Shown piece by piece: positions 39,383-51,189 of a stretch of DNA of 64,000 nucleotides. The DNA comes from the human T2T-CHM13v2.0 reference genome, Homo sapiens. The stretch lies in NCBI RefSeq assembly GCF_009914755.1, contig NC_060935.1; one strand, given 5' to 3'. Within the stretch, counting starts at the first letter, position 1; each line of letters opens with the position of its first letter. The translations under genes and the position numbers were made by a program. A model generated the notes under the pieces. It worked only from the letters and a program-made list of their open reading frames with translations, did no database searches and had not been told where the DNA came from.

Positions 39383-39512
39383 CTGCTGTGAGCAGGAGGA
39401 GCCCACATACTTTGCCATCTGGGGCGACAACAAGGCCTTCAATGAGGTGATCATCTCGCCAGCCATGCTGCATGAGCACCTGCCCTATGTGGTCATGGAG
39501 GGGCTCAACAAG
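39383..39512 (+). CDS. DAGLA: DAGLA exon 18, catalytic His650
   Basis: CCCEQEEPTYFAIWGDNKAFNEVIISPAMLHEHLPYVVMEGLNK; 130 nt. Confidence 0.98.
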
Positions 39513-40081
39513 GTGAGGCAGCTCCCGGCAGGGTACCACCAGGGAATAAGGCACTGTCACCCCATCAGAACCCCGTAAGCACCATCAGATCACTGCCCGA
39601 TTTTACAGACAAGGGTGCTGGGGCTCAGAGAAGTAGGTAGCTGGGCCAGAAAGCCCCACTCAAATACTTCAACCTCACACCCCTGGCTCTGTCCACATCA
39701 CCACGTTGCCCCATGGTGGGGAGGAGATAAGGAGACTCCCAGGGGCCTGTCCCTGAGGCAGGCTCAGCTCAGAGGCCCGGAAGGCCACCTGGCCCTTAAC
39801 AGATGAATGGGCAAGCAGCGACAGCCACAGCCATCCCCTGGCTGCGGAAAGGCTGAAGGCAGGTAGGGCAGGAGCACTCGCCGGGCTGTGGGGCGAGTCG
39901 TGACCAGATGGGCAAGTCTCAGGCCTTGGGGAGTGGTGACCTCAGGAGGAGGAGAGTGGGACCCAAGTGACTCCATGAGGCTTTGCTTGGCCTGAGAGGC
40001 CTGGGCCCTGGCTCCACATCGGCCCCACGATGGGGCCTGATGTCCCTCCACCACCCCCAGCCTCCTCTGTCCTGTCCTCAG

Positions 40082-40269
40082 GTGCTGGAGAACTACAACA
40101 AGGGGAAGACCGCTCTGCTCTCTGCAGCCAAGGTCATGGTGAGCCCTACCGAGGTGGACCTGACTCCTGAGCTCATCTTCCAGCAGCAGCCACTCCCCAC
40201 GGGGCCGCCCATGCCCACTGGCCTTGCCCTGGAGCTGCCGACTGCAGACCACCGCAACAGCAGCGTCAG
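40082..40269 (+). CDS. DAGLA: DAGLA exon 19
   Basis: VLENYNKGKTALLSAAKVMVSPTEVDLTPE...DHRNSSVR; 188 nt. Confidence 0.98.
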
Positions 40270-40471
40270 GTGAGCCTTGGCCACTCCCAGCCCCACCCCA
40301 GGGTGAGTGTGGTTCAGAGCACATAGACTTGTGTGCACATGCATTTTGTGCATGCACTGGGCTCAGCTCTGCACACGTGCACAGGAGGGGTCAAACTCAC
40401 CCTCTGTGCTCTAGGGCTCTCTTGCTGTGCTCCAGCTGTCCCACAGCCTGCTGTCCCTGAATCCTACATGA

Positions 40472-41170
<699 letters not shown>

Positions 41171-41650
41171 TGGGGGCCACAGCGCCCTTGCTATTCACAC
41201 ACTCTTTGAGGGGTGCGAGGCTCTTAAGTGGTAGTCCTTCCAGGGGAGGATTGTCCTGCCTTTCTAGGACCTTCCCACACAGGCCCTGTGTGCTTGGTCA
41301 CAGATCTGGTCAAGAGGCTGCTTCCTGGCCCTTGGTAGGGACAACTGGACGTCTCTCCCTGCCATTTGTGCATTTCCTGTGGCAGCTGCACAACCCGATG
41401 AAGAAGCCAGTGTCCATTTCCGGCTGCGGTGACTGCTGCAAGCCACCCACTCCCTGCCCTGTCACTCATTCCCTGCAGGCTGGTCTGCGGAGCCAGGGGC
41501 ACTAGGCTCCCCACCCAGCAGAGGGCTGCGGCCCATGGGAGACAGGAGGAGACCCGGATGAGGAAGGAAGTGATGAGATCCCTGGGAGTGGCACCCAGGG
41601 TTGCTGGCTCTGAGATTGGGGTGGAACCAGTTGGGCAGCTATGTGCAGGG

Positions 41651-41748
41651 CTCTCTCCCTTCCCTGTCTCCCTGCTGCCCTCTGTCCCTCCCTCCCTCCC
41701 TCCCTTCCTCCTTCCCTCCCTCCCTCCTTCCCTCCCTCTGTCTCTCTC
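41651..41748. repeat. (CCCT/CCTT)n polypyrimidine tract
   Basis: ccctccctccctccctcccttcctccttccctccc seen directly. Confidence 0.92.
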
Positions 41749-42002
41749 ATTCCACTGTGGCCTCATGAGTGACCTGGGGCAGGCTCATGAGTGATCTGGG
41801 GCAGCCAGTCTATCAGAGCCTCATTCTCACATTGGTACAATGACAGGGGTTCTGGTGCAGAGAACCCCAGCAGCACTCCTGAAGTCCTAGTGCTGCCAGC
41901 AGGGCCTTAGCCCCTCAGGGACCCCGCGGCTCAACCCAGCATCAACTCTTTTGTCTTCTATCTTGGGTTCTTGTGAGTTGTTTTTAAAAAATAATCATTC
42001 CT

Positions 42003-42301
42003 GGCTGGGCGCGGTGGCTCACGCCTGTAATCTCAGCACTTTGGGAGGCCGAGGCAGGCGGATCACCAGGTCAGCAGATTGAGACCATCCTGGCTAACAT
42101 GGTGAAACCCCATCTCTACTAAAAAATACAAAAAATTAGCCAGGCATGGTGGCGGGCACCTGTAGTCCCAGCTACTCGGGAGGCTGAGGCAGGAGAATGG
42201 CGTGAACCCAGGGCGGAGCTTGCAGTGAGCCAAGATCGTGCCACTGCACTCCAGCCTGGGCGACAGAGCGAGACTCCGTCTCAAAAAAAAAAAAAAAAAA
42301 A
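42003..42301 (+). mobile_element. AluY
   Basis: AluY diagnostics (gagaccatcctggctaac, gagaatggcgtgaaccc, gagcttgcagtg), long A tail, TSD-like aaaataa(t/g)cattcc. Confidence 0.93.
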
Positions 42302-42451
42302 GAAAATAAGCATTCCCTGCTGCACATCATCAACAACTGCTAAATGAACTGTACCCTTTATTCCCTGCAAGTTCCTTTTAGCCAGGGAGCTGGGGTTCAG
42401 TCCCCTCTCCCTTCTGAGTCTTATACCCCCTGCTCTCCTCTCCCTCTGCAG

Positions 42452-43409
42452 GAGCAAGTCCCAGTCTGAGATGAGCCTGGAGGGCTTCTCGGAGGGGCGG
42501 CTGCTGTCGCCAGTGGTTGCGGCGGCGGCCCGCCAGGACCCGGTGGAGCTGCTGCTGCTGTCTACCCAGGAGCGGCTGGCGGCGGAGCTGCAGGCCCGGC
42601 GGGCACCACTGGCCACCATGGAGAGCCTCTCGGACACTGAGTCCCTGTACAGCTTCGACTCGCGCCGCTCCTCAGGCTTCCGCAGCATCCGGGGCTCCCC
42701 CAGCCTCCACGCTGTGCTGGAGCGTGATGAAGGCCACCTCTTCTACATTGACCCTGCCATCCCCGAGGAAAACCCATCCCTGAGCTCGCGCACTGAGCTG
42801 CTGGCGGCCGACAGCCTGTCCAAGCACTCACAGGACACGCAGCCCCTGGAGGCGGCCCTGGGCAGTGGCGGCGTCACTCCTGAGCGGCCCCCCAGTGCTG
42901 CGGCCAATGACGAGGAGGAAGAGGTTGGCGGTGGGGGTGGCGGGCCGGCCTCCCGCGGGGAGCTGGCGCTGCACAATGGGCGCCTGGGGGACTCGCCCAG
43001 TCCTCAGGTGCTGGAATTCGCCGAGTTCATCGACAGCCTCTTCAACCTGGACAGCAAGAGCAGCTCCTTCCAAGACCTCTACTGCATGGTGGTGCCCGAG
43101 AGCCCCACCAGTGACTACGCTGAGGGCCCCAAGTCCCCCAGCCAGCAAGAGATCCTGCTCCGTGCCCAGTTCGAGCCCAACCTGGTGCCCAAGCCCCCAC
43201 GGCTCTTTGCCGGCTCAGCCGACCCCTCCTCGGGCATCTCACTCTCGCCCTCCTTCCCGCTCAGCTCCTCGGGTGAGCTCATGGACCTGACGCCCACGGG
43301 CCTCAGTAGCCAGGAATGCCTGGCGGCTGACAAGATCCGGACTTCTACCCCCACTGGCCACGGAGCCAGCCCCGCCAAGCAAGATGAGCTGGTCATCTCA
43401 GCACGCTAG
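42452..43409 (+). CDS. DAGLA: DAGLA exon 20 coding part (aa 724-1042, C-terminal tail with Homer motif PPRLF at 43194-43208)
   Basis: tgcag|G AGC AAG TCC...; matches the 312-aa ORF 42471..43409; total CDS 3129 nt = 1042 aa. Confidence 0.99.
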
Positions 43410-45925
43410 CACCCCAGTTGCGTGGCCAGCCGGGCCCAGGCAGGAGCAGGTGGCCCTGTGGGCACCTGGTGCCTGCCCCCTGCCGGGCAGCTTTAAGGAC
43501 AGACCCCCAGGGGCAGTTTAGCCTCAGGCACAGGCATCGCTGCTGAGCTGGGGGTCCGCATCCCTACCTCAGCTTAGGACCCCCAGAGCCAAGGTGGCTG
43601 GGATCTGGCCCCACAGATGGGGAAAGATGGGGAAGGGTGTGGAGTGGGGAGGAGCCTGGGCAGCCTGCTGGGTGGGCCACACTCAGCCTGACTGCCCTCC
43701 ATGGGGGCATTCTGGCACCCCCTGCTCCAGGACAGGCCATGGGCAAGCTGCCTCCCATCACTGCCTGCTGGCTGCTCTCCCAGGGGCCAGGTGGAGAGCA
43801 GTGCCCCCCGACACATGTATTCTCATCTGTGGTCCAGGCCGGCATCGTCCTGGCCACCCCCCAGATCTGGTGCCTGCTGGCCGGCCCCCTGGGGTGCCCC
43901 TGCCGAGGTGGCCTGCAGTGCTGTACATGTTTACAGAAGCTGCTGGGCTTGGCTCAGGATGTGTTCTGGGCTTGCAAGCCCCCCGCCCAATCATGTGTTC
44001 AGTAGCCGTCCTCTGAGCAGGGCCCAAGGCAGCCAGGGGCCTGGAGGGGCCAGAGGAGGGTGGGGTCAGGGCCGCCCCTTCTCTGCCTTGTGCCTCTCAT
44101 GCTGCCTCCTCTGCCCATGGGTCCTGGGCACCCAGGCCTGCCCTGCCTGCTGGCTACTTCCTGGCTTACCTTCTACCCCCAAGGATCCTCACCACCCAAA
44201 GGGTGGTGGGCACTGCTGTGACCACCCCAGCTGCAGAGTCAGTGCCCTGGGTGGAAGGAAGGCACTGAGAGCCCCCTTCCTCTGAGGGCCCCACCTCACC
44301 CCTTGGTGTCACCCCCACCACGCCTAGGCAGCTCTGGGCCCTGGGATCTGGAACCAACACACCCCTGTTCCCCTCAGCTTTCCCTCCTCGCTGGCCTGGG
44401 CACCCTCCTGGGAGCAGGCCTTCCTCCCTCCCACCCCCAATGTCCTGTTGGTAGGAGGTGGGGCCAAGAGTGGGGTATGGTGGGCCTTGGCTGGAGACCT
44501 CTGTCCACTGCCCAGGGAGGGGCCTGGGGCTGGGAGCAGTCCCGGTTTAGCCTGAGGTCCCCATAGGGCTTCCTCCCCTGCTGGGTTTGGGAAGCAGTTA
44601 GGGAGATAGCGACCCGGAGTTTCCCCAGAAGCGGGGTGGGAGGGTGTGCATGCTAGTGTTGGCGCGTATGCATGTGCATGAGTGTGCACCGTTCCTAAGG
44701 AAGGGGCCTCTGGGGCTGCCCACCCTACCTGCCCTGCCTGCCTGCTGCCCCTCCCAGCCTGCCAAGAAAACGGTAGGGGAGCATGATGGGGCCTTTGAGG
44801 CAGGGTCGCAGGGACAAGCTCAGCTTTAGGCACCATCTGTTCCCATCGCGCCTGCTGCTGTGACCCGTTTTGGAAAACTGGTGTGTACCGAGGCGCTGAC
44901 TGCACGGCTGACCGCCTGCTCGTGCCTTCATTCTGCAGCGGCATGGTCCCTCCCATTCTGGCTCCACCTGCAGCCTCCCTGGGTGGCCTAGGCTCCCCCG
45001 ACCAAGAGACCTCCCTCTCATGATCACTGGTACCTGGGGGCCTGAATTCTGGCCCCCGGCTCCCCACACAGCTGGGACTGGCCTGGATGGCTGTCCTGGG
45101 AGCCCCTGCCCACCCTGACAGAGGGAGCTGGGCCTCCCCTCATCCTCTGTAACTCCCGCCTTCACCAGACTCAAGGACACCCTGGCCCTGCTGAGGCATA
45201 CAGAGCTTCAGCCCAGCACAGAAGCAAGACAAAATCAGTGGCTCTTAGAGTTTAGAAAACAAGACAGACTCTCAGATGAAAGATCTGACAAGCACCGTGG
45301 CCAGTCACAGGGAGAGACTTGATGTCTGGCCTTTTAATTCCTCCTCTGCCAGGGTGGGTCCTGGGACCTCTAATGTGGGCATGTCGTCCACCCCAGGACG
45401 AGCCATCAGGGACAGACCCCCCACCCCCAAGGCTGCAGCCACACCATGTTTCAGGCTTGGGGCTGGGGCAGGCTTGGGCTCAATCCTGGGCACCCAGGGG
45501 CAGCCCACCCCTAACCTGGCTCCTACCCACCTCGCCCTTGAAGGATGGGCCTGCTGCACGTCTCCCTCCTCCACCCCATACCACACTGGGGGGTCTGAGC
45601 CACCCCCCTCAGCCCCGTTCGGCTCAGACCGACCCCCACTCCATCCCCAGACCTGCAGCACAAGTGCGCGGGCCTGTCCTCCCAGGGGCCTGGGCGACTC
45701 CATATGCAATCAGTAGCGAGCAGCCGGGCCCCACAGACCCTCATGCACTCTCTTACGTGCCATTCTCCCCAGACTTTTTTTGTACTTAATGTATGAAAGA
45801 TCCAAACTAATATTGCTGTAAAAAGGAGAGACAAATTAATATAGCTTATTCTATAAATATATCTGTATATAAAGGTTTCTGTATATTGTATAGAGCTGTG
45901 TATAAACTGGATGTAGAAGCACGCT
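43410..45925 (+). other. DAGLA: DAGLA 3'UTR (end approximate)
   Basis: Follows the TAG stop. No repeats recognised; GC-rich, ending in an abrupt AT-rich block typical of a poly(A) region. Confidence 0.8.
45781..45925 (+). terminator. DAGLA polyadenylation region (non-canonical TATAAA at 45852, 45868, 45901)
   Basis: No AATAAA/ATTAAA. Three TATAAA and eight TGTA motifs, followed by a GT/T-rich then G-rich downstream region. Confidence 0.7.
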
Positions 45926-46164
45926 GGCTGCCTCGAATGTCTTTGCATCAGGTGGGGACTGGGTAGAAATTTGATGTCGAGGTTGCAGCAGAGCAGGGGG
46001 TTGGCATGGGGCCGGGGGCCGGGGGGGCCTCTGCCACTGTTCCCTGGATGGAACAGAAAGCCTAAGGGGGAAACAGATTCCTTGGGACCAGAGCCCGTTT
46101 CACCCACAAGACGCAGGGTGTGTTTGGGTGGTTCAGGTCCAGCCCTTTGTCTGTATTGGGTTAG

Positions 46165-46320
46165 AACTTCGTTTCTCAAAGTTCACGGTGCTCATGACTC
46201 ACTGGGGCGCTTGCTAAATGCAGGTGCGGGTTTAGTGGTCCGGGGTGGGGCCCAGGTATAGATTTCTTGCCTGCTCCTGCTCGGCTAGTGCCCTGGCCCG
46301 GGGCCACACTTTGAGTTGCA
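46165..46320. mobile_element. MER5-like hAT-Charlie DNA transposon remnant
   Basis: gtttctcaaagt...cactggggcgcttgctaaatgcag...ggggtggggcccagg...ccacactttgag matches MER5 architecture. Confidence 0.7.
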
Positions 46321-46772
46321 GGGAGGGAGTAGAAGACCCTTGAAGCCCCCTGTGAATGAGGGCAGCCACTTGCGGAGTCCTGCCTGTGTGAGAGATGTAC
46401 CAGCGGGTGCACGTTCATACTACAGCCTGGAAAGATACAGCTTGCTGGCCTCCCCTTCCTCCCTGAGGGGTCTGAGAGGATTAGCTGCCCAAGACTGCCA
46501 AGCTGGCGACTGGGGGACCAGGCTAGTCTGACCATGCCCACCTCCCTCCCCAACAATGCAGACAGCTAGGGCAGGCAGGGGTGGAAGATCCCAGTGGGAC
46601 AGCACTGAAATGCAGGGGCCACTAGAAGTCTTTGCTGAGGGCTTTCCTGAGAGGGCGCAAAATACCTGGCCAGACCCAGTGCAGCCCAGGAACCCCAGGC
46701 CAGCATAGCTTCCGGGCAGTGAGGCCTAGGGAGTGGCTGGAAGGCCCAGGTGGTGGGGCCTGCCCCCTCTAC

Positions 46773-46788
46773 ACAGCAGGTGGCGCTG
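46773..46788 (+). promoter_or_regulatory. Candidate CTCF site
   Basis: ACAGCAGGTGGCGCTG versus consensus CCASYAGRKGGCRS. Confidence 0.55.
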
Positions 46789-49372
46789 TTCAGCCAGTCA
46801 GTCCCGCCTTGGCCGCAGAGTCTGGCCTCGGCACTGACCCAGCCAAGCTGACCGGACCTTTCCCTTCCCCTGACCCTGCCCCCATCTCGGCCCCCAGTGT
46901 CCAGTGGCTCTATTTGGTGAGGGGCTGGGGAGAGTGATAGAAGAATGCCCCCAGCCTTAGAGCCTGTCTTCACCCACAGCCACTGAACAGAAGCAGAAAC
47001 GGGCCAAACAAGGGTGAAGACCTGCCCAAGGTCGCATGGGAGGTGGGGACAGACTGGGGACCAGAATCAGGGCCTCTCAGCCTAGGACTCTGGCCTCCAC
47101 CACACCTGATGGCTTTCAGAGGTTCTTTGCCCTCAGTGGTCTCAATGGTCTGCAAATTATCCTGTCCAGTGAGCACAGCACAGGCAGAAGAAACTGAAGG
47201 CCAGGGAGGCTCTGCGGCTTGCCCGGGGCTGCAGCCAGGGTGTGGCATTGGGGAGGGTCTTGAGAGGGCAGTGCTGGGAAGGGCTAGAGAGGCACTCTGC
47301 CTCACGCTCCACTCAATACCTGCAGCAGCCCCCTCCTGTCCCGGTGCCCCTGCAGTCAGGAAGGGGTCTACCCTGCAGGACCCCACACTCAGGTGTGCCC
47401 TTGGGCCCTAGTCCGGGGAAGCTGGACCACCAGCCTCACTGGCTTGCTGGATTGACACTCACCCCACTTTGAGCCCTCCTCTTCCTCTGCGAAATGGCCT
47501 GATGCCAGTGCTGTGTGGGTCCACAGGAGGCCAGGAGAGTCCCACGGTGGGGAGGACAGGGCTGTACCTTCTCCTGGGCTGGCCTCTACGCCCATTACCC
47601 ATTAACCCTCAGGTGCCAGCATCCCTCTCCCCAGTGCTGCCTTCGGTCTACCACCTCCTCCTGGCCCTGCTCCCACTCAAGGGACAGTGATGGGTGCTGA
47701 GAGCTGATTGGAACTGGAGAGGGCACCATTTACTGATCACTGACCTGGCACTTTACCTCCACTGTAAGGCAGGGATACTGAGTGTGCTTTATAGATGAGG
47801 CCTCTGAGGACAGAGGGCAGGCCTTGGGGACTAGGTGGAGCTGGCTACAGGGGACAGCCATGTCTGCTGGGCTAGGGCTGAAATCTCAGCCCCTCACTCA
47901 CTGTGGCTCGGTAGAGAAGCCAGAGGCACAGATGAGGACTCATCTCCATTGATGGGCCCCCCTAGGTCCTTGTATGCAAGTCCCCTGGGCTACTTTCACC
48001 GGCCCAGCCACCTTCCTGCCCCAGCCTCTGCCCCAGCGCTGCTTGGGACCCAACTTCATTATGGAGTTGGCAGATGGCAGCCTCAACTCTTGGCTGAGCC
48101 CTTGAGTCTGGGACATTTCAGCCACCTCTTTCCTCCAGTCCAGAGATGAAAATCCCTGGGGACAGTTGCTCCTTTGCTCAGTGACCTAGTGTAACAGGGG
48201 AGATGGCAGGGCCTGAGCTCCCTTAGCCAGGTCAGCTGCTACAGGGTTAACAGGAGGCTCCATTCCACCCCTTCCAACTTCAAGGCTACCCTAGAGATTG
48301 AATAATCTATACTCTTAATTGATTATAATGCAATGGAGTTGGGGCGTTAGGGACAAAGTACGAGTCTTCCCTTCTACCTCCAGCCCTTGCTGACCAGGAC
48401 AGGGACAATGTGTAGCTCAACGGATGGTGGTGAGAACTTAGATGATGGTCAGTTATGCAGTATGTGGGATACGGAGGAAAGATCCGTGGGTATGTGGAGG
48501 CTTGTAGAGAAGCTGGTTCTGTGGCTGGTCCCAGGCGACTCGTAATGTAAATCCGTTTCTCAGAATCGCGTGGTGTAGGCGGGTGTCTACTTTGTCCGCA
48601 GGCAGGCCTGACCCCGGGTGGAGGAGGGGCAGGGTGGAGAATAACAATTGTCTTAAGGGAGTCTGCGGAGGGAGAAAAACCTCTGGGGTGTATCAGCTGG
48701 AAAAGAATAGGAGTCTCAGTGTGGCCCCTCTCCCCCCTCTCAGCCCAGCCCCTGCGGGGGCGGTGAGGGAGCTGCGGTCAGCACACACAGCTGGGGCCTC
48801 CAGCAAAATCCCATTCTATATATCTAAGAGCAACAGCTCTGAGAGCGGCCCCCAGAGGGACAAAACCTCATTGTGAGGCACCCGCCGGCCTCAGCACCCC
48901 CTCCCCCAACCCCAGAACTGTCGTGGCATTGACCCTTTTCGGCGGGCCACCATGGGCCTGCTGACTGGGCCACATCTGGGGCTCAGGCATTGGCTGCCCC
49001 TCCCCCACGGCTGGCCACTGAGAACTGACAGGGAGGCTGGGGTGGGAGCGGCTTCCAGGCCTCTCACCCCATCCCCACGGGGTGGCCTGGCTTGTGCCCC
49101 ACCCTCCCTGGGGATGCTGCAAGGCAGAGGTGAGAGTCCGAAGCTGGCTACGTTGGCATCTTGATCTGCCAGCAGTCCCCCACACCTCTGGCCTCTGTTT
49201 AGTGGCTTGTCAAACAGTGGTTGGGTGGGGTAGGTTTTTCCAGCTTTTACGTGCTGCCTTGAAGGGTCCCGAGAGGCTTCAAGTTGAGCCACTCTGAAGC
49301 GGGATGATTCTCTAGGTCTGGGATTCCAGAATTATCCGCTCCCAAGGTTTCAGAGGTCCAGGATTCTGTAGA

Positions 49373-49693
49373 TTTTTGTTTGTTTGTTTGTTTGTGTTTG
49401 GAGACAGGGTTTTGCTCTGTCGCCCAGGCTGGAGTGCAGTGGTGCAAACATGGCTCACTGCAGCCTCACTGCAGCCTCAACCTCCTGGGCTCAAGCGATT
49501 CTCCTTCCTCAGCCTCCCCAGTAGCTGGGATCACAGGCATGTGCCACCGTGCCTAGTTAATTTTTTAATTTTTTGTAGAGACAGGGTCTTGCCATGTTGC
49601 CCAGGCTGGTCTCGAACTCCTGGCCTCAAGCAATCCTCCTGCCTCAACCTCCCAAAGTGCTGGGATTACAGGTGTGAGCCACTGGAGCCTGAC
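49373..49693 (-). mobile_element. AluJ with (TTTG)n tail and an internal 11-bp duplication (ctcactgcagc x2)
   Basis: Antisense Alu with J-type features. Confidence 0.92.
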
Positions 49694-49721
49694 TGGATTC
49701 GGTAGTTTGAAGATGCCACCA

Positions 49722-50490
49722 TACATTCATTCAACACATTTATTGAGCACCTACTGTGTGCCAGGTCATGTTCTTGGTGTTGAAGCTATAGCAGTGACCG
49801 ATACAGAAAAATATCTTGCCCTCGTAGGGCTTCCATTCTAGAGCAAGAAGGATAATAACAGAAACTAAATAGGAATCTTTTACATGGTGAGCAAGAAAGG
49901 CCTAGGTAGGGAGAACTGCTTTAGGTAGGCTGGTTGGGGACATGACATTTGAGCTGAGACCAACTGCTACAAAGAAGTAGCCATGTGGAGACAAGCATTG
50001 TAAACAGATGGAATAGCATGTGCCAAGGCCCTGTGGCAGGTGTAGGCCTTGCATGTTTGAGCAATGGCAAGGAGGTCTTGGTGGCTGTTATTCAGTGAGC
50101 AATGGAGAGAGGGGAAGAGCTGAGGCCAGTGGTAGAGGCGGGGCCTGAGAAACCAGAGCAAGACATTCAGATATTGTTTTGAGTGCAAAGGGAAACTTAG
50201 TTTTGCAAAGGAATGACATGATCGGATGTATGTTTCAGAAAGGGTGATTTGGGAGAACTGAAGGGGATATCAGTGAGACGAGAGGCTGTGCAAGTTGGGC
50301 AGGACAGAGATGTGGAGGCAGTCAGTCATAAGGGTGAAGGCAGGGGCACAAGGACAACCGCTTTATCCTGGACTTATATCGAGTTAGAACCTCCAGGTTT
50401 CATTATACCAGACAGGGCCACGGCAAAGGAGAGCTCGGATTCCCGGGGCAGCCAGGATTTGGCTCTGAACTTTAATGACCTTGAAACTCT
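49722..50490 (-). mobile_element. L2 LINE 3' fragment
   Basis: cattcattcaacacatttattgagcacctactgtgtgccagg is the canonical L2 end, followed by L2 internal motifs. Confidence 0.85.
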
Positions 50491-50497
50491 TAGGCAG

Positions 50498-50790
<293 letters not shown>

Positions 50791-50794
50791 TTAG

Positions 50795-50965
50795 ACCTGC
50801 ATTGTCCAATACCACAGCCACACGTAACTGTTTAATTACAATTAAACAAAATGAAAAAATCAGTTCCTCAGTCTCAATAGGCACATTTCCAGTGCTCACT
50901 TGTGGCCAGTGACTACCATACTGAACAACACAGGGAACATTTCCATCATCACAGCCACAGGACAG
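50795..50965. mobile_element. MER3-like DNA transposon remnant
   Basis: tgtccaata...tcagttcctcagtc...cacatttccagtgctca...gaacatttccatcatcacag matches MER3. Confidence 0.7.
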
Positions 50966-51189
50966 GGCTTCCTGGCAGTCCTTAATGCATTGAGCCTCAG
51001 TTTCCCCATCTGTAAAATGCAGGTAACAACAGCATCTCCTTGATAAGGTGCCTGTGAGGAGTACATGAGATAATGCCTGTGTGGCCTGGCACATAACACA
51101 CGTTCCCTAAATGCAGGTTGTTATTGTTGCTGAGCGGGGTGTGTGGGTGGCTAACGAGAGGGATGGGGGCTGTCTCTGAGGTTTGGATT

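Noticed and set aside
43407-43415. Stop-codon read-through of DAGLA
   Set aside because: The context is TAG-CAC, not the TGA-CTAG read-through motif.
44324-46179. 247-aa and 218-aa antisense ORFs over the DAGLA 3'UTR
   Set aside because: Explained by high GC content; non-ATG starts and no protein-like features.
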